Shown: positions 1 through 34,300 of the stretch, piece by piece
Position numbering within the stretch: the first letter of the stretch is position 1
How the letters are laid out: every line of letters starts with the position of its first letter
Assembly: GCA_964199315.1 (NCBI GenBank)
Contig: OZ116711.1
Span: 22,940,001 to 23,004,000 of the forward strand
Direction: 5' to 3'
Length of the DNA stretch: 64,000 nucleotides
From: Orbicella franksi
Lineage: Eukaryota
Notes under the pieces: generated by a model
What the model was told of the DNA's origin: nothing
The model's input: the letters and a program-made list of their open reading frames with translations, nothing else
Database searches by the model: none
Made by a program: the position numbers and the translations under genes

Positions 1-23
1 TTCACTGTTTGAGACTTTTCCAG

Positions 24-216
24 GTTTTCTGAATGACTGTGAAGTGCAAACGGTAATTGGGCGCGTCTGATCCTAGATTCCGATCAGTGCTTAATTAAGA
101 TATATGGTTGGCACGTTTTAATAAACATACTTTTGTTTCAGCTCAATTCAGATCCGGAAAACGTGAGACCCAGAAAACCCCAGTGCGCAAATAGCACTGC
201 ATCATGTCCAATGTGA
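24..216 (+). CDS. Putative last two coding exons (24-52, 142-216) of an unidentified gene entering from the left
   Basis: Acceptor ttttccAG at 22-23, donor GTaatt at 53, acceptor ttttgtttcAG at 140-141. The spliced frame reads (G)FLNDCEVQT|LNSDPENVRPRKPQCANSTASCPM* with consistent phases. No recognisable domain. Confidence 0.35.
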
Positions 217-780
217 AATATTTTCTTCAACATTAACTAATCCGCCATTTAAGAGTTTATCAGCTATTTTTACTCTGCTAAGCGTCTTAGAAAGGATAAT
301 CCACAAGCTTTGAATGTTATGCGGTACTTATATCTCTCACTTCCACAAAATCCCGTTACTTTTCGTTGTTGCACTCAGACAAGCTGTGCAGATAATTCCA
401 CCATACTGCCCGCACAGCAAGACAGCAACAATTGTACTGATCAGATGAATTACGTTGGTGCCGATATTTACCGAAAGCCTCTCCAAATGGTGTTCTAATC
501 GTGTTTTATAAAGGACTTTTGTTGTTGGTTTTGATTTCTGATTCAAACTATAAGACAGCAATATGACGTAAAGACTACAATGCTTTCCCTTTGTTTCGTA
601 AATCTTACACATGCATGTCTAACGATTAAATTGAGAAATATATTACGTTTACTTTCTGTTTCAATAGTTCAGTCTCCAAAAAATGCAAGTTCTAGAGTCT
701 TCGTTATCTTGTGTATTTTTATTTAATTTGTCGTCAGGTAAAGGACGAGAAAAACCTGGACGTGTTTTCACATAATCGGC

Positions 781-1010
781 CTTCGTCGGATATTACAGAT
801 CATTCTGTTGGGCAATGCGGATAGTTAATGAAGAGACTGGAATAATGATAAGGGAAGAATGTGGCAAGGAGGAGATGTGCGTGGCTTGGCCACGTCTTCA
901 GAATTGATCATCACTCACATCCACGAAATGCACGTACATGGATACCAGAAAACAAAGGAAACGTGGTCAACCGCACGAGACATGGAGGAGAACAGTGGAA
1001 AGAAACCAAG
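781..1010 (+). mobile_element. Degenerate 3' fragment of an RTE-clade LINE ORF
   Basis: Frameshifted translation LRRILQI...VNEE...RRRCAWLGHVFRIDHHSHPRNARTWIP / KRKRGQPHETWRRTVE matches the known RTE C-terminal pattern CLRRILxI..ISNEE..RRxxWxGHVxR..PRxALxWxPxGKRKRGRPxxTWRRTVE. Confidence 0.75.
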
Positions 1011-4000
1011 AGACTGGGCAGGTGACAGGGGAGCCTGGAACCAAATCTTACAATCTTGAACAAAATATTAACGTTTGTGTAGGGAAAATGAGGTTAGATC
1101 ATGGTCTCTTGCGCTTCTAAATTCATTTCCTCCTTCCCAAAATATTATAATGATGAATTCAGGTTAAAATCAAAACGCGCCATTTTTGCGTCATCGAAAT
1201 GTAGAAGGGAGTGGTCTTTTTTTCTTTTTGACTTTATTAAGGAAACTGACATTTATCACTGTCAGACGTACCTATGATTTAATTTACCGGTCATTCGTTG
1301 ATGTTGCCTTATAAATGCGGTTACTCTTTGACTATAAGAAACCGGACTGTAGCAATAAAAGATGAATCACTCCTGAAGTCCTGAACTGATTTCAAATAAT
1401 ATACAATGCTAGCTCCTCTAAGAGTTGAGCACTCTTTGAAATCCATTCACCGCAAGGAAATAGAATTTATGATTTAATTTGCTTATATTCATTAACTTTC
1501 CCAATTCCTGATCATCCATTAAGCTTTTGAAAAATGTGACACTATTTTGCATTAATTAGTTTAAATCCCCGGTATTTGACATGGTCGTGCCTGATAACAG
1601 AAATTATTATGACTGGTCATTGTATAATTCAGTCTCAAATTAAAGCCCTGCGCTAAATTAAAAGCAGAACAGGTTCGCTTTGGACCAAACTTGGTAAGTA
1701 GACATCGAGATATACGTGACAGACGCAATTGTTTTTTCAATATTTTGCATATATTATTTATTAAGTATTTGAAAATGCTTGTAAACTCAGAAGTTACCAT
1801 TGGATTATTACTTGGCCGTCCGGGCACGAATCTTGTCAGGGCTAAAACATCAGCAGTTAGTTATTTGCAAAAGTTGCTTTCGTCTCATTTACGTCGGAAA
1901 ACCCATTGGTACATAGTTTGTGCAATTAAAGGGGACGAAAATACCCCAGCGGAAATCCTGTTTGAGATCAGTACCACTGAGAATTTGCTTGGCGCATTGC
2001 CTGAAATTTGTAGAAATAGATAAAGAGAACGAACTTACGCATTTTCAGCTCGGATGTTCCAGCTGGGATTAATGGAGCGAGTCTGAAAAACATCCGTTTG
2101 GTTGCGCAAACAACAATAGTTCTAGCTTTTCTTTCACATTTTAAATGGCATTTCCGAAAAAATCTCCAAATCGTAACCAGCCAAACCTCACTGTTTACTC
2201 ATACTTCACAACCATACCTTTTCACCTGTTTGGATTCATTTCATATCTCATGAACAAAAGTCGAGTCTCTATTAAAGCAAAGCCTTCGTAAACAGAAAAA
2301 GAAGGTTTATCTAAATTATTCATCAGTTGAAAAACTGGCTTTAGTCGTTATAGTTCAGTAATAATGTAAAATGACCTTTGTCTTGTTATAAATAGAACAA
2401 ATGAACCCGAATAATCGCTTATGCAGACTTTGATAAATATTGCATAAAGTGCTCCCATATAACGTTGTCAAAATGTGATTTTTTTGTTTTAGATTTTCAC
2501 GGTTAGGACTTTTTTATTTTGGTAATAATAATTTAAAAAAAGGAAAAATTGTCTTTTCCTAAAAAATAAAATACATTAATGAGGAAAATTCACAGAACGA
2601 AACAATGTGCTATGAAATATTAAACTCCTGAGAGCTGAGAGTCACTATGCCAAAATTCTACTGTTAATCCGGTAAAATAATTAAACATAATAATACAACG
2701 ATTGAAGAAAAAGAATTCGATACTTGGTAATAGAAATAATAATAACAATAATAATAAAACACAAAAAGTTTTGATACCTCAGTTGATTTAACAATCAAAG
2801 TGCGATATTGTATGCAGAAAGTTTTTCATCTTGCACACTCTGTGGCCGCATCACGGCAGAGCCAGTGGGATTTGTATAAAGCTATCTAATTTTCTGTCTT
2901 CAATAACTTCTTTTGCAAAAGGAGTTCTTTCCTGCATCCTTTATTTTTTACAGTTGTTTGTTGTTTTATTTTACTTGTCCTACATTACTTAATACCTTTA
3001 CCTCTAAGCAGGTGAAAACATTGGCTTGCCTCTGCAAATCGTTGTAATTGTAAACGTATTACATATAAACATAGCAGTGTTACGCCATCGTAGCCGGAAG
3101 TTAAGTATGTTTCCAGCGACTCCCTGGCTCAGATGTTACTCGTTCATCATGATAAAGCAGTGGTTGCTGAGCCTTCGAGACGATACATATCAGGTCCTTG
3201 TTCTTTCTTGCTGTTTACTTGTGTCAACATTTGAATACGAGAATAATAAATAACCAGAAAGGATCGGAATACAGTATATAAGGACTAACAGAGTATATAG
3301 GCTACGATCTAGATGTTAAGACAAACACATAACCCAACCTTAAGAGCTTTTGGGCATGTTTTGAATTCTTCCATTAATGTATCGGCCCTAGTATAAGTTG
3401 ATGTTCTTCAGTGGTTAGAATCTCAAAGTTTTAATTTGTTCCCGCAAACAACAACCGCAAAAGAACGATAATCAGCCAGGATAAATAAACAATTCTACAT
3501 CCGGGCAAAGCAAGCAAAACTGCCGCTTTATTCCTTGAATCTTAACATTTTTTAACTCTTTCATTCCAAGAGTCAAATAAGTCCTTTGCATTCTATGAAC
3601 CTCTAGTGTGTAAATATTTGTTAAATTAAATTAAAGCTATAACAAATACTTTCATGTGGTACTGTTTATTATGATGTAATGAACTAGAGTTTGGGGGTAA
3701 ACACGGTGGATAAAACCCCAGTTCGCTAATAACTCTAATAAAGCCCGCGTAGCGTTTCAATTTGAGGCTATTCATATTCTCAACTGATGTTCCACAAAAT
3801 TTAGTTTACTTTTTAACTTTTTACTTGCAATTCTAAACGTATGCAATCGATGGAGTAGAAGGTTATACGTTACAAGGGTTTAATGGCATGCTCATGGGCT
3901 GAGAAACTGTATATATAGATTCCGGCTACATGAATCCAAACGACGTATATTTTGAGTGGCACCCAACCTTTTATATGTCATAAAAAACATTTTGCGCTGT

Positions 4001-7000
4001 TCGAGGAAAGTGCATTCTATAGTTTGAATGCACCAAAACGAAGCCCTCACTGGTTAAGTGTGCGGTTCTAAGACACAAGGCAATATTTTTCTCTCACTTG
4101 ACTTACGCACATGTTTTGCATTCATTCAAGTAAGAAATTAAATACTGAAGAAAAGCTTTCAAAGGAGAAAGAAAATAATGATCTCGTTGTTTTTGTTTGT
4201 TATCTCGTTCATGTACTTCTAGATCTTTAAGTGTACTCTATTTTGCCGCCATGTATTTTGGAGTAAAAATGTTTATGGGCGAATTAGTAACTTGTCTATA
4301 AAAAGCCTTTTGCCTGTAATAGTTTGCGAAATCGTGTTATTGTAGCATTCTAAATCACCATATCTCGTAATATGTTTGTTATGCATGGAAAAAACATCCA
4401 AAATATTCCAGCCAAAACTCTTCTTTAGAACTGAGGTTTCCAAATGTTTATATCAGTAGTGAACTATAGAGACCAACTCATGGATTTTATGTTTAACTGG
4501 CAATAGCCTGCGCTCTGAAGCAATTGAACAACAGAAACCAAAAACGGATTAACCATACCTTAAAAAGTAGATGCAAAAGCTGAAGTTAAAGTTCCGAGAT
4601 ATGAAGGGCGAGTACATCTGTCGTTAAGAGAGTCTTCATTTCCATTCGTGAAGGAAACGACCAATGTGTGCACATCTCTGCTGGAAAAAACGTCTTTCGT
4701 GCGTCGAGAATGTTTTTTAACGAACAGTAGAATATTATTTCCGGCACTTAAATCCAGGAGGGGATTAATAAGACAAAACACATTGTGGTTTGTCACGAAT
4801 TAATTATTAAAGTGAACATTTTGGGACGCACTTTTTAGTTAGAATACGATAAATACTATCAACAAATCGTGAAAAGATCTCCTGTTATTTCTCAGTTTCC
4901 AAAAGTATTTAATGGTCGATTTTGATCGTTTTTGCGGCAGACCCTTGATTCTACGACATTGCACCAATATTTAAGAAATAATTAGTCAGACCTAATGTCA
5001 TTTATTTGTTGTTTATCGGTTTTGCATCTGAATTCGCATTTAATTAGCTACGCTATCCAGAGTTTATCTGATATGAATAATATAACCTTTTACAAGCAGA
5101 AAGAAAAGAAAACGGTTTTCTGCATACCTTCTCCAAAATCGTACAGTAAGATGTACGCACGTTAAGTGCTGTTTTTAGCCGAGAGGCTGATGTTAGACTG
5201 CAAATCGTACACAAATGAAGGCCGTTATCTGCACAATACTCCAGATGAATAGACACTATTTCCAAACACAGGGAAATAGTCATGGATACGTGTTAACATG
5301 GTCATGACGATAGAAACTGAAGCAATAATCTTTCAACTGTGGAGATTTGGAAACAATTTATGACAAATATAGAGAAAGAAATATCAAGCGATCCTACCAT
5401 ACCATGCTATGATCAGGAAAAGAAATTTCCAACTCAGAAAAATTTCACTCGACAATCTAAGATCACAAATGCCCTTTTCTGTTTGAATTGTAAAACTATG
5501 CTTCATAAACACACTAAAAATACAATAGTTAAAACTTGTGATTCACTCTTTGTCCATGCTTCTATGTTTTCTGCTGAAATACCAAGCGTGCTAGGTATTA
5601 GCCATATTTTTATCTTGCACAGTATTGAGAACAGAAACATTATAGATAACCGTGTATACGACATATTTGGATACTTGTAGTTATATGACAAGGTCTTTTG
5701 CCAGGTTCTTACAAATCAAGGTCATTGACTTTGTAGGTTATAGCTGAGTCATAAGTGGACATCCTTTGCCGAAACAGCTGTATTCCTCGCGTTGCTTCGA
5801 TTTGCTGCTCATTAGGGGTCAAGAAAAAAAGCGTATTGATTATTAGAACAAACCCTTTAAGACAAAATCAAACATACTAATGACTTCCTCAGAATTACAT
5901 CTACATCAGTTAAAAATCGGTAAAAAATAGAGCATGTTTTGAAAACATTTTGAAACATGTTTATGATCTATAATCGCAAAATATCACGCAACAGAATAAA
6001 ATTAATGGCTGATCGATCAAAGTCAAAGTTAAGGTCTTTAGATCCTTTAGCATTACGCAACAGTTTTCACATTTCAGACAAGCCCGCAGGGCAAATGCAA
6101 TAAGGGGGCACTCCCGTATTTTTCCTTGCTTTTCCACTATCATCCGGCTAACTTCATATATTCATAATTTTTTTCGAAGAATTTCACAGGCCAGAAATTT
6201 ACAACGGACAAATGACTCAGGAGTCGAGATTGATTAAGAGAGTCAAACGACACAGCAAACTTTGCAACTCATCAAAGTTCTCAAAATAATCTTTGTGATA
6301 TCTGTAGTAAGTACAGTAAATATCAATCAGATCAGTTTTATTATTCAATATATATGTTATCAGATTTTTTTTCTGATAAAGTGATTGACGCCAATATGTT
6401 GCCCATTTTTTTCGATCCACTTTAGAACAAAAACTAACAACCCAGCCAAAGGAAAACATCAGTTTTTTCATACAAAATCAGTATCCAGTTCTCGCCGCTT
6501 CTTTCCTTGCATGGAAAATTAGAAAGTATACGGATTAAAGCTGATGAAGTGCTAGAAATGTTAAAGCGAAACATTTTTCTCTGAAAGAATTTTTTGAAGA
6601 AATATTAATACTCACTTTTAATGGGCGTTATCTTGGCAGTTCTCAGCCACCTCTTTAACATGTGTCGCTGTTACAAGCATATCTTGAGAGAGCCTCCGTT
6701 ATCACAGGAGAGCAAAAAAATTCCATAAGGGTTAAGAACTGGGGGAATAAATGGGCCTGCTTCCCAATTCTGTGTGGTTTTCCTCTCGAGAAAAGCCGCA
6801 GGATTTTGGTGGATTTCCCGCAAGGCTTGCGAAAAATTAGCGATTGTGAAATCACTGTGCTATCGCTGAAAGATTGAAATGCGTTCTACAGTCTTACACA
6901 CGACAGCGACGGGAATCCTCCAAATACTTCGGTGAGAAAAGAGAGAAAGGGGAAAATAGGAAAGAGAGAAAATATGTCGAGTGCTATCTTTACACAGGAA

Positions 7001-7959
7001 TTAATGAACTTGTATGATGCTTTCCTTTCAAAATCTCTAAATGAAAAATCCTGGCGATCATTTGATTTCAGTACGCAAATCAAATGATTCGGGACCATTC
7101 GGCGTTGGGAAAGTTTGGAATGTTATGAAGTACTGTGTTAGATCACCAGGGTATTTTTTTTCATCAGCGTGATCTTTTAGCGTGAAATCTCTGACGTTTG
7201 TGGACCACACAAAGATTTCAATCGTAAACTGATGCATAATGAATGCATGATGAATAATGACGCGGGGATGATGGCAAGGTTTCACAACAATTAGGAATGT
7301 GTCTTGGTCGACACGGTAAACTATGGAGAAAACTTGTTAAACTAATCTAAAATACAAAATTTTTTGCACAAAACACAATTCCTCTCAGAGCATTAAAAGT
7401 GTGAATACCAAAAGACTACCGATTCTACTCTGTGTTGTCACTACAAAGCCCGCAAAGAGGGTGATCAGCAAAACTTGGAAAAATTAATTGATGAAGGAAT
7501 GAAGAAACGCGAGTTCATATTGTCTAGTTGGAGGAAATGTTAAGACATGAAGTGTGACAGTGAAGAAAAAAGTAAACAGGTCGAAATAATCCGACTCAGA
7601 CAGTGAGATCTGTATGTTGACCGCCTCCCCCCCCCCCCCCCCCCATGTTGACCCATTTTGAACATTTTGCCACGTCCGACCGCAAGCCGATATAATGAGC
7701 TCGCATTGCATTATTCTTGGCACTTAGAGCTTAGTAGCCTGGCCTACATTCTCGTTCACTATTTACAATCGATACAAAACTACAAGTTATTCCAGGTATT
7801 TACACTGAGTTTACTTAGCATTCTTCGCAGAGATGCTGCATTTTATCAGTTTGCTATGATCCCTAGATCGTAAATTTTAAGAAGAAGTGCTTTGTATGCC
7901 GAAAAAGCCTCGAAGTTTCTCGCTGTATCGCAGAAACTAAGCAACTATATTCGACCACG

Positions 7960-29880
<21,921 letters not shown>

Positions 29881-31384
29881 AGTCATTGGAATTCAACAGG
29901 GAGTGCAATCTGTGTTGCAAAGCGACAGTGACTGCATGGGCACCATGTGCTTATTTCGCCGTCAAAAGCCTCGGTGTAAACAAATTGTGTTAATTCATAT
30001 AGCCAGCGAAACAAATCTGTTGTAAGTTAATGATGCTGTTTTTCATTCTTTCGAAATAGCGACAACTTTGTTGGCGTTTTCGTTATCATTGAAGATTTCG
30101 GTTTTGTAATGTACCTGTAGAATTGTAAAGGATCTGTTTTCATGTCATGAATTATACACCCCACTGGTTTAATAGTAAAAAGGCTTTGCGAAAGGAAGCC
30201 AAGAGCGCGATTTTAGGTTTTTGTATTATTTTATACTATAATTGGAGTTAATTCAATAGCCAGTTGACTATTTTACCAGTAAACTAATTGGAAATTATAT
30301 AGATTAAAAGAAGCCACACACCGCTTTTTTCGGGCTGAGCCACCTCTTTTGATGTTGTAGGAACACTCAAAAGGCTTGCAATCGTTTCTTTATCCCATAA
30401 AACGTAAGTGGTTGATGAAACATTGATTCATTTAGGAACGTGCTAATCGTTGATTCCCAGTGGAAATAACAAATCACGAATTTGTACTGCCAAGAGAGTA
30501 AAAAGCAATTTATTAAAAAAAAAAGTTTCTCAAACATTGTACATGAGTTGCAGTTGGTCTTTCTTTTAAGTAAGACATTTCGAGGGAGCGAGGGAATTTG
30601 TTCCAGACACTCGGGTCACGTGACTCTTGGAGAGCGATTCAAACCTGGTTCAGCTAAAAAAAGACCACTACCTCATTCCCACTCATACTCATGCCTTTCC
30701 CAAAAAAAGGTTTTGTCCCGGTCACCGGGCTGGAGTGTTCTATGGGAAAATTCTCATCCCGGTAACCGGGCCAGCCCGGCTTCTCATGTGAACACATCGG
30801 AAATTTTACGAAGGAAAGAGTGGATGGGCGAGATCTCGGAAAGAGAGCCAGTCCGGTTGGGCTCACGTGAAGGGGCCCTATCAGGAAAGAATCAGTAGAC
30901 ACAAAGGAAATATAATGAAAAATGTTTATTTCTGATTTAACAACAACTACTGAAATATAATTGTTTCTTATATCTCTTTCAAAGCAAAACGTCATGCGAC
31001 ATAAGGCATACAATGGAATGAATATTTTAACTGGAAAAATATCGGGTTTTTTTACATAACTTTTTTTTTTTTTGAGTTACAATAAATTTAATACAAAACT
31101 CTTTACTCCTTACCCCAATTAACGCCGACGAGACTAGATTCTTTAACAAACCTTGGATTCTCTTGAAGGTTGGGGCATATTATTTCATTTCATAACTTCT
31201 AAGGCAGAAATTTGTGTCCTCACCAGAGGTTGATGTTAACCGCTCAAACATCTCAATATTAGCTCATATTATAACACCTTTACCGATCACCTTTAGTTTT
31301 ATTTTCCCTTTAATAATTTAAAAAAAATCAAATGGCACTGCTATGCACATAATGACGTTAATCTTGGTCTGTACCCGCGATCTT

Positions 31385-34300
31385 TCAATGTTTTTTCTTC
31401 CTTCGTCTCTTCTGTGGCTTACTTGCTCCTTGAAATCTTTCCCTCTCCGGTGGAAACTGTCCGAAAAATGCGCGCATGAAATTCTCAAAATCTCTCTCCT
31501 CCGATCTGAAATAGGAAACAGATACTGTTGTTTTCACGTTTTGCCGTAACTTGTAAAAAGAAAAGAAGCATACCGAAGATGAGGAAAGAAAGGAAGAGAA
31601 GAGCGTAGCGATGGTAAAAAAACAATGCAAGGACATTTATTTCTACTGCTAGACCTACCGTCCACACTAATCCGTCACGAAAACGGCGCTCTTCAAACTG
31701 GAGGATTTGAAAAACGCCGGCTTTGCGTTTTAGTGTGGAAAACATTTTAAAAACGGAGCTTTTCAAAAACGATGGCCTCACGATGTATGTGTAATTTCCC
31801 TGGCGGAGTTTTCGTCGAGCACAAATCCAAAATGACCGGTGATTGTTGCGTTTTCAAATTTCTTCGGCGTAGTGTGGACGGAAAACATTTGATCCGTTTT
31901 CAGAGTGAAAACGCCGTTTACAAATTCCTCCGGTTCAATGTGGACGGGGTGTAAGAGAATGCCTGACCTGGAACTAAAGCCACTAGGATGTGACTGGCGA
32001 GTCTTGAGTTTCAGATGCACTGTATGAGGATTAGGCTCAACACGGTAACTGCCAATACCCTGAAAATGAATAAACCAAGGATATCATCACCTACTGATAT
32101 TAAACAACTGCTATTAGACTTGACCACGAGTCGAGCTGCGAAAACCGAGCTCGGAAAGCGCAAGATTTGCAAGGGTTTCACTAGGTAAGGGCCGGCCGGG
32201 TACCGCGCAAATTGACCTGCTTTGAGGATAATTTTTCCCGCCTGGTTTGAGCATCCAAAGGAATATTTTTCTTACAAAGAAGTTCAGATCAAAATCTTGT
32301 TTTGCTCGCCCATGAATACCAGTTGTCCCTCTGCAGAAAATTTTAATAAAAATCCCTGGATATGCGACGCTAAAAACTCGAGTAAGAAAAGCGCGAGGTA
32401 CAGGAGCGCACCAACAACCGCGAAAGACTGAGAGCAAGTCTAAACTAGTATGTACCACGTGCATGAAACCACACCTGGCAAGCTGCCCACTCAGTGACAT
32501 CAAACACTTCACCCTCCATACAGGCATAAAAATGCAGCTTATAGCCAAGAAAACTACTCTCTGCCCACAGATCTCCCTGAAGAATAAAACCACACATAAA
32601 ACATAAACAGAAACCGAATCAGATAGTACCGACCTCAATAAATATGCGATATTTCAGGAGTTTCTTCCGGGATAGGGCACCTTAAAAATATTCACCTGTC
32701 AGTGAATTTTTTCGAGTTAAACTTTCGTAAATCCGTCTCAGTGATAATGGTTCCCAGTCTTTACCATCTAGTATCTTTTGGGGCCACCTCAGTACCTCCT
32801 CTTTGGTGCCTTTTCGACTCTGTGAAGAACATTCTCGAGAATGCTCTTGATTAAAAGGTCATTTGGTACATCACTGAATACAATGTGTTAATGCAAAATG
32901 AGATATAAATGTAGATTCTCTAACTTCAAAAAAACTTCACAAAACCAGGGTACAAAGGAAACCAATTTTAGGCATCTGATATACTAGCTTGAAAGTCATA
33001 CCCACTTATTGACTAGGTCTCACAAAAATGTCATATCTTATGGTACTTCTGTAACCTGAATTTCCTTTAAAAATTCTTAACAAAATATAATAGCCAAGCT
33101 GAAAAATCCCCTAGCCTTGGACTATCGGATTCCTTTCTTTGCACGCTGATAACGGCAAGCGTCACTACCCCCGGGTTTATCACAGACTTCAATGTGAACC
33201 TAAAATTAAGAAACTTTCTGTCGCCCGGTTTACGATATTTTCAGAGCCATTTATCGACGACGTTGTATTAGGTGTAGAAAGATACTCATGAAAAACGCAA
33301 CATAAGACCAAAATGGTTTCTATGACTCTGTAAGTAGAGGCATTTACTGTCCACATACCTCTTTTGCAGCGTGTCTCGTGTTACACCTACCGCAAAACCG
33401 TGCGGTCAGAACAAACCGGTCTGTGCTGTAACGACGATGTTTTCCATCACACGTATTGCAGTGCAAGTAATTCTGCATCTGTGTGTAAACAACAACAAAC
33501 AATGTAGCCAGTGCAATATAAGAAGAGAATAACCGAGCCTGAAAAAACCCGAAAATAACTGCTCCCATTGTCCCCATTTCAGGTCACAACACAAAAACAG
33601 GAAACAGAAAACGTACCTTAACTTTTTTCGAAAGTTTCCCCACTCTTTGAAGGGAAATTTTCTGACGTTATTCAGTTGATTTCGGTTATATTCTACACCA
33701 TTATTCAAATCTTGAATCTTTTAAAACCTTTTAGATACTCAAAAGCTGTTACTCAAAAAATGAAGATAGGCGGCAAAACTGTTGCAACGTCGCCGAAACA
33801 AAATGGTCACTTGAGAAATTCCCGATAAAGAAGCGATGCGTCAAAAATTCCAACTCTTTTTAGTGGGAGGCTGATTCTAATACTAGTTTATTACAATGAA
33901 CAGCAAGATCTGTGAGTGACATAAAAAATTACGTCTCCAGCCTGAGGTGTCAGAGTGGAACTGGGAAAACTTGAATCCGAGTCAACTGGATATTTCAAGT
34001 GTACTATTCAGGACTCGATACATGCAAATCAATGCATTGCTCACTGGTACAACTATATATGCCCAATAGGGCACTTGTTACAGAAAAACAAAAGATGCTA
34101 TAAATAAAAAATAGACTGGAATAAAACTGCTACATATAGGTGGTAATTACCTCTTGCATCTTTCGTCCTAGATCGGCAAAAAATTGCTCAGGACTAGCAG
34201 GGCCGAAACGTCCCTCCTGAAATATTTAACACAAAATAGGGAATGAATACAAGACAATAACGTGCTTTCAGTCAGTTTCAGTGTAAGGAGAGTCAATTTT

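Noticed and set aside
4560-4800. Possible CR1/Penelope remnant
   Set aside because: Only a vague resemblance; no diagnostic motif could be read in any frame.
5900-7300. Patchwork of minus-strand ORFs (7058-7285, 6886-7098, 6655-6855, 6217-6471) as a possible pseudogene or divergent gene
   Set aside because: The frames do not connect through splice sites, the one good donor (~6614) is preceded by stops in all frames, and no domain was recognisable.
32114-32638. 174-aa minus-strand ORF
   Set aside because: It overlaps the true DNAJC14 exon 32576-32475 in a different frame and is otherwise intronic.
33617-33661. In-frame 45-nt cassette exon candidate in DNAJC14 ([15 protein letters not shown])
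   Set aside because: The donor is good but the acceptor lacks a polypyrimidine tract, and exon 34216-34151 already supplies the homologous linker.
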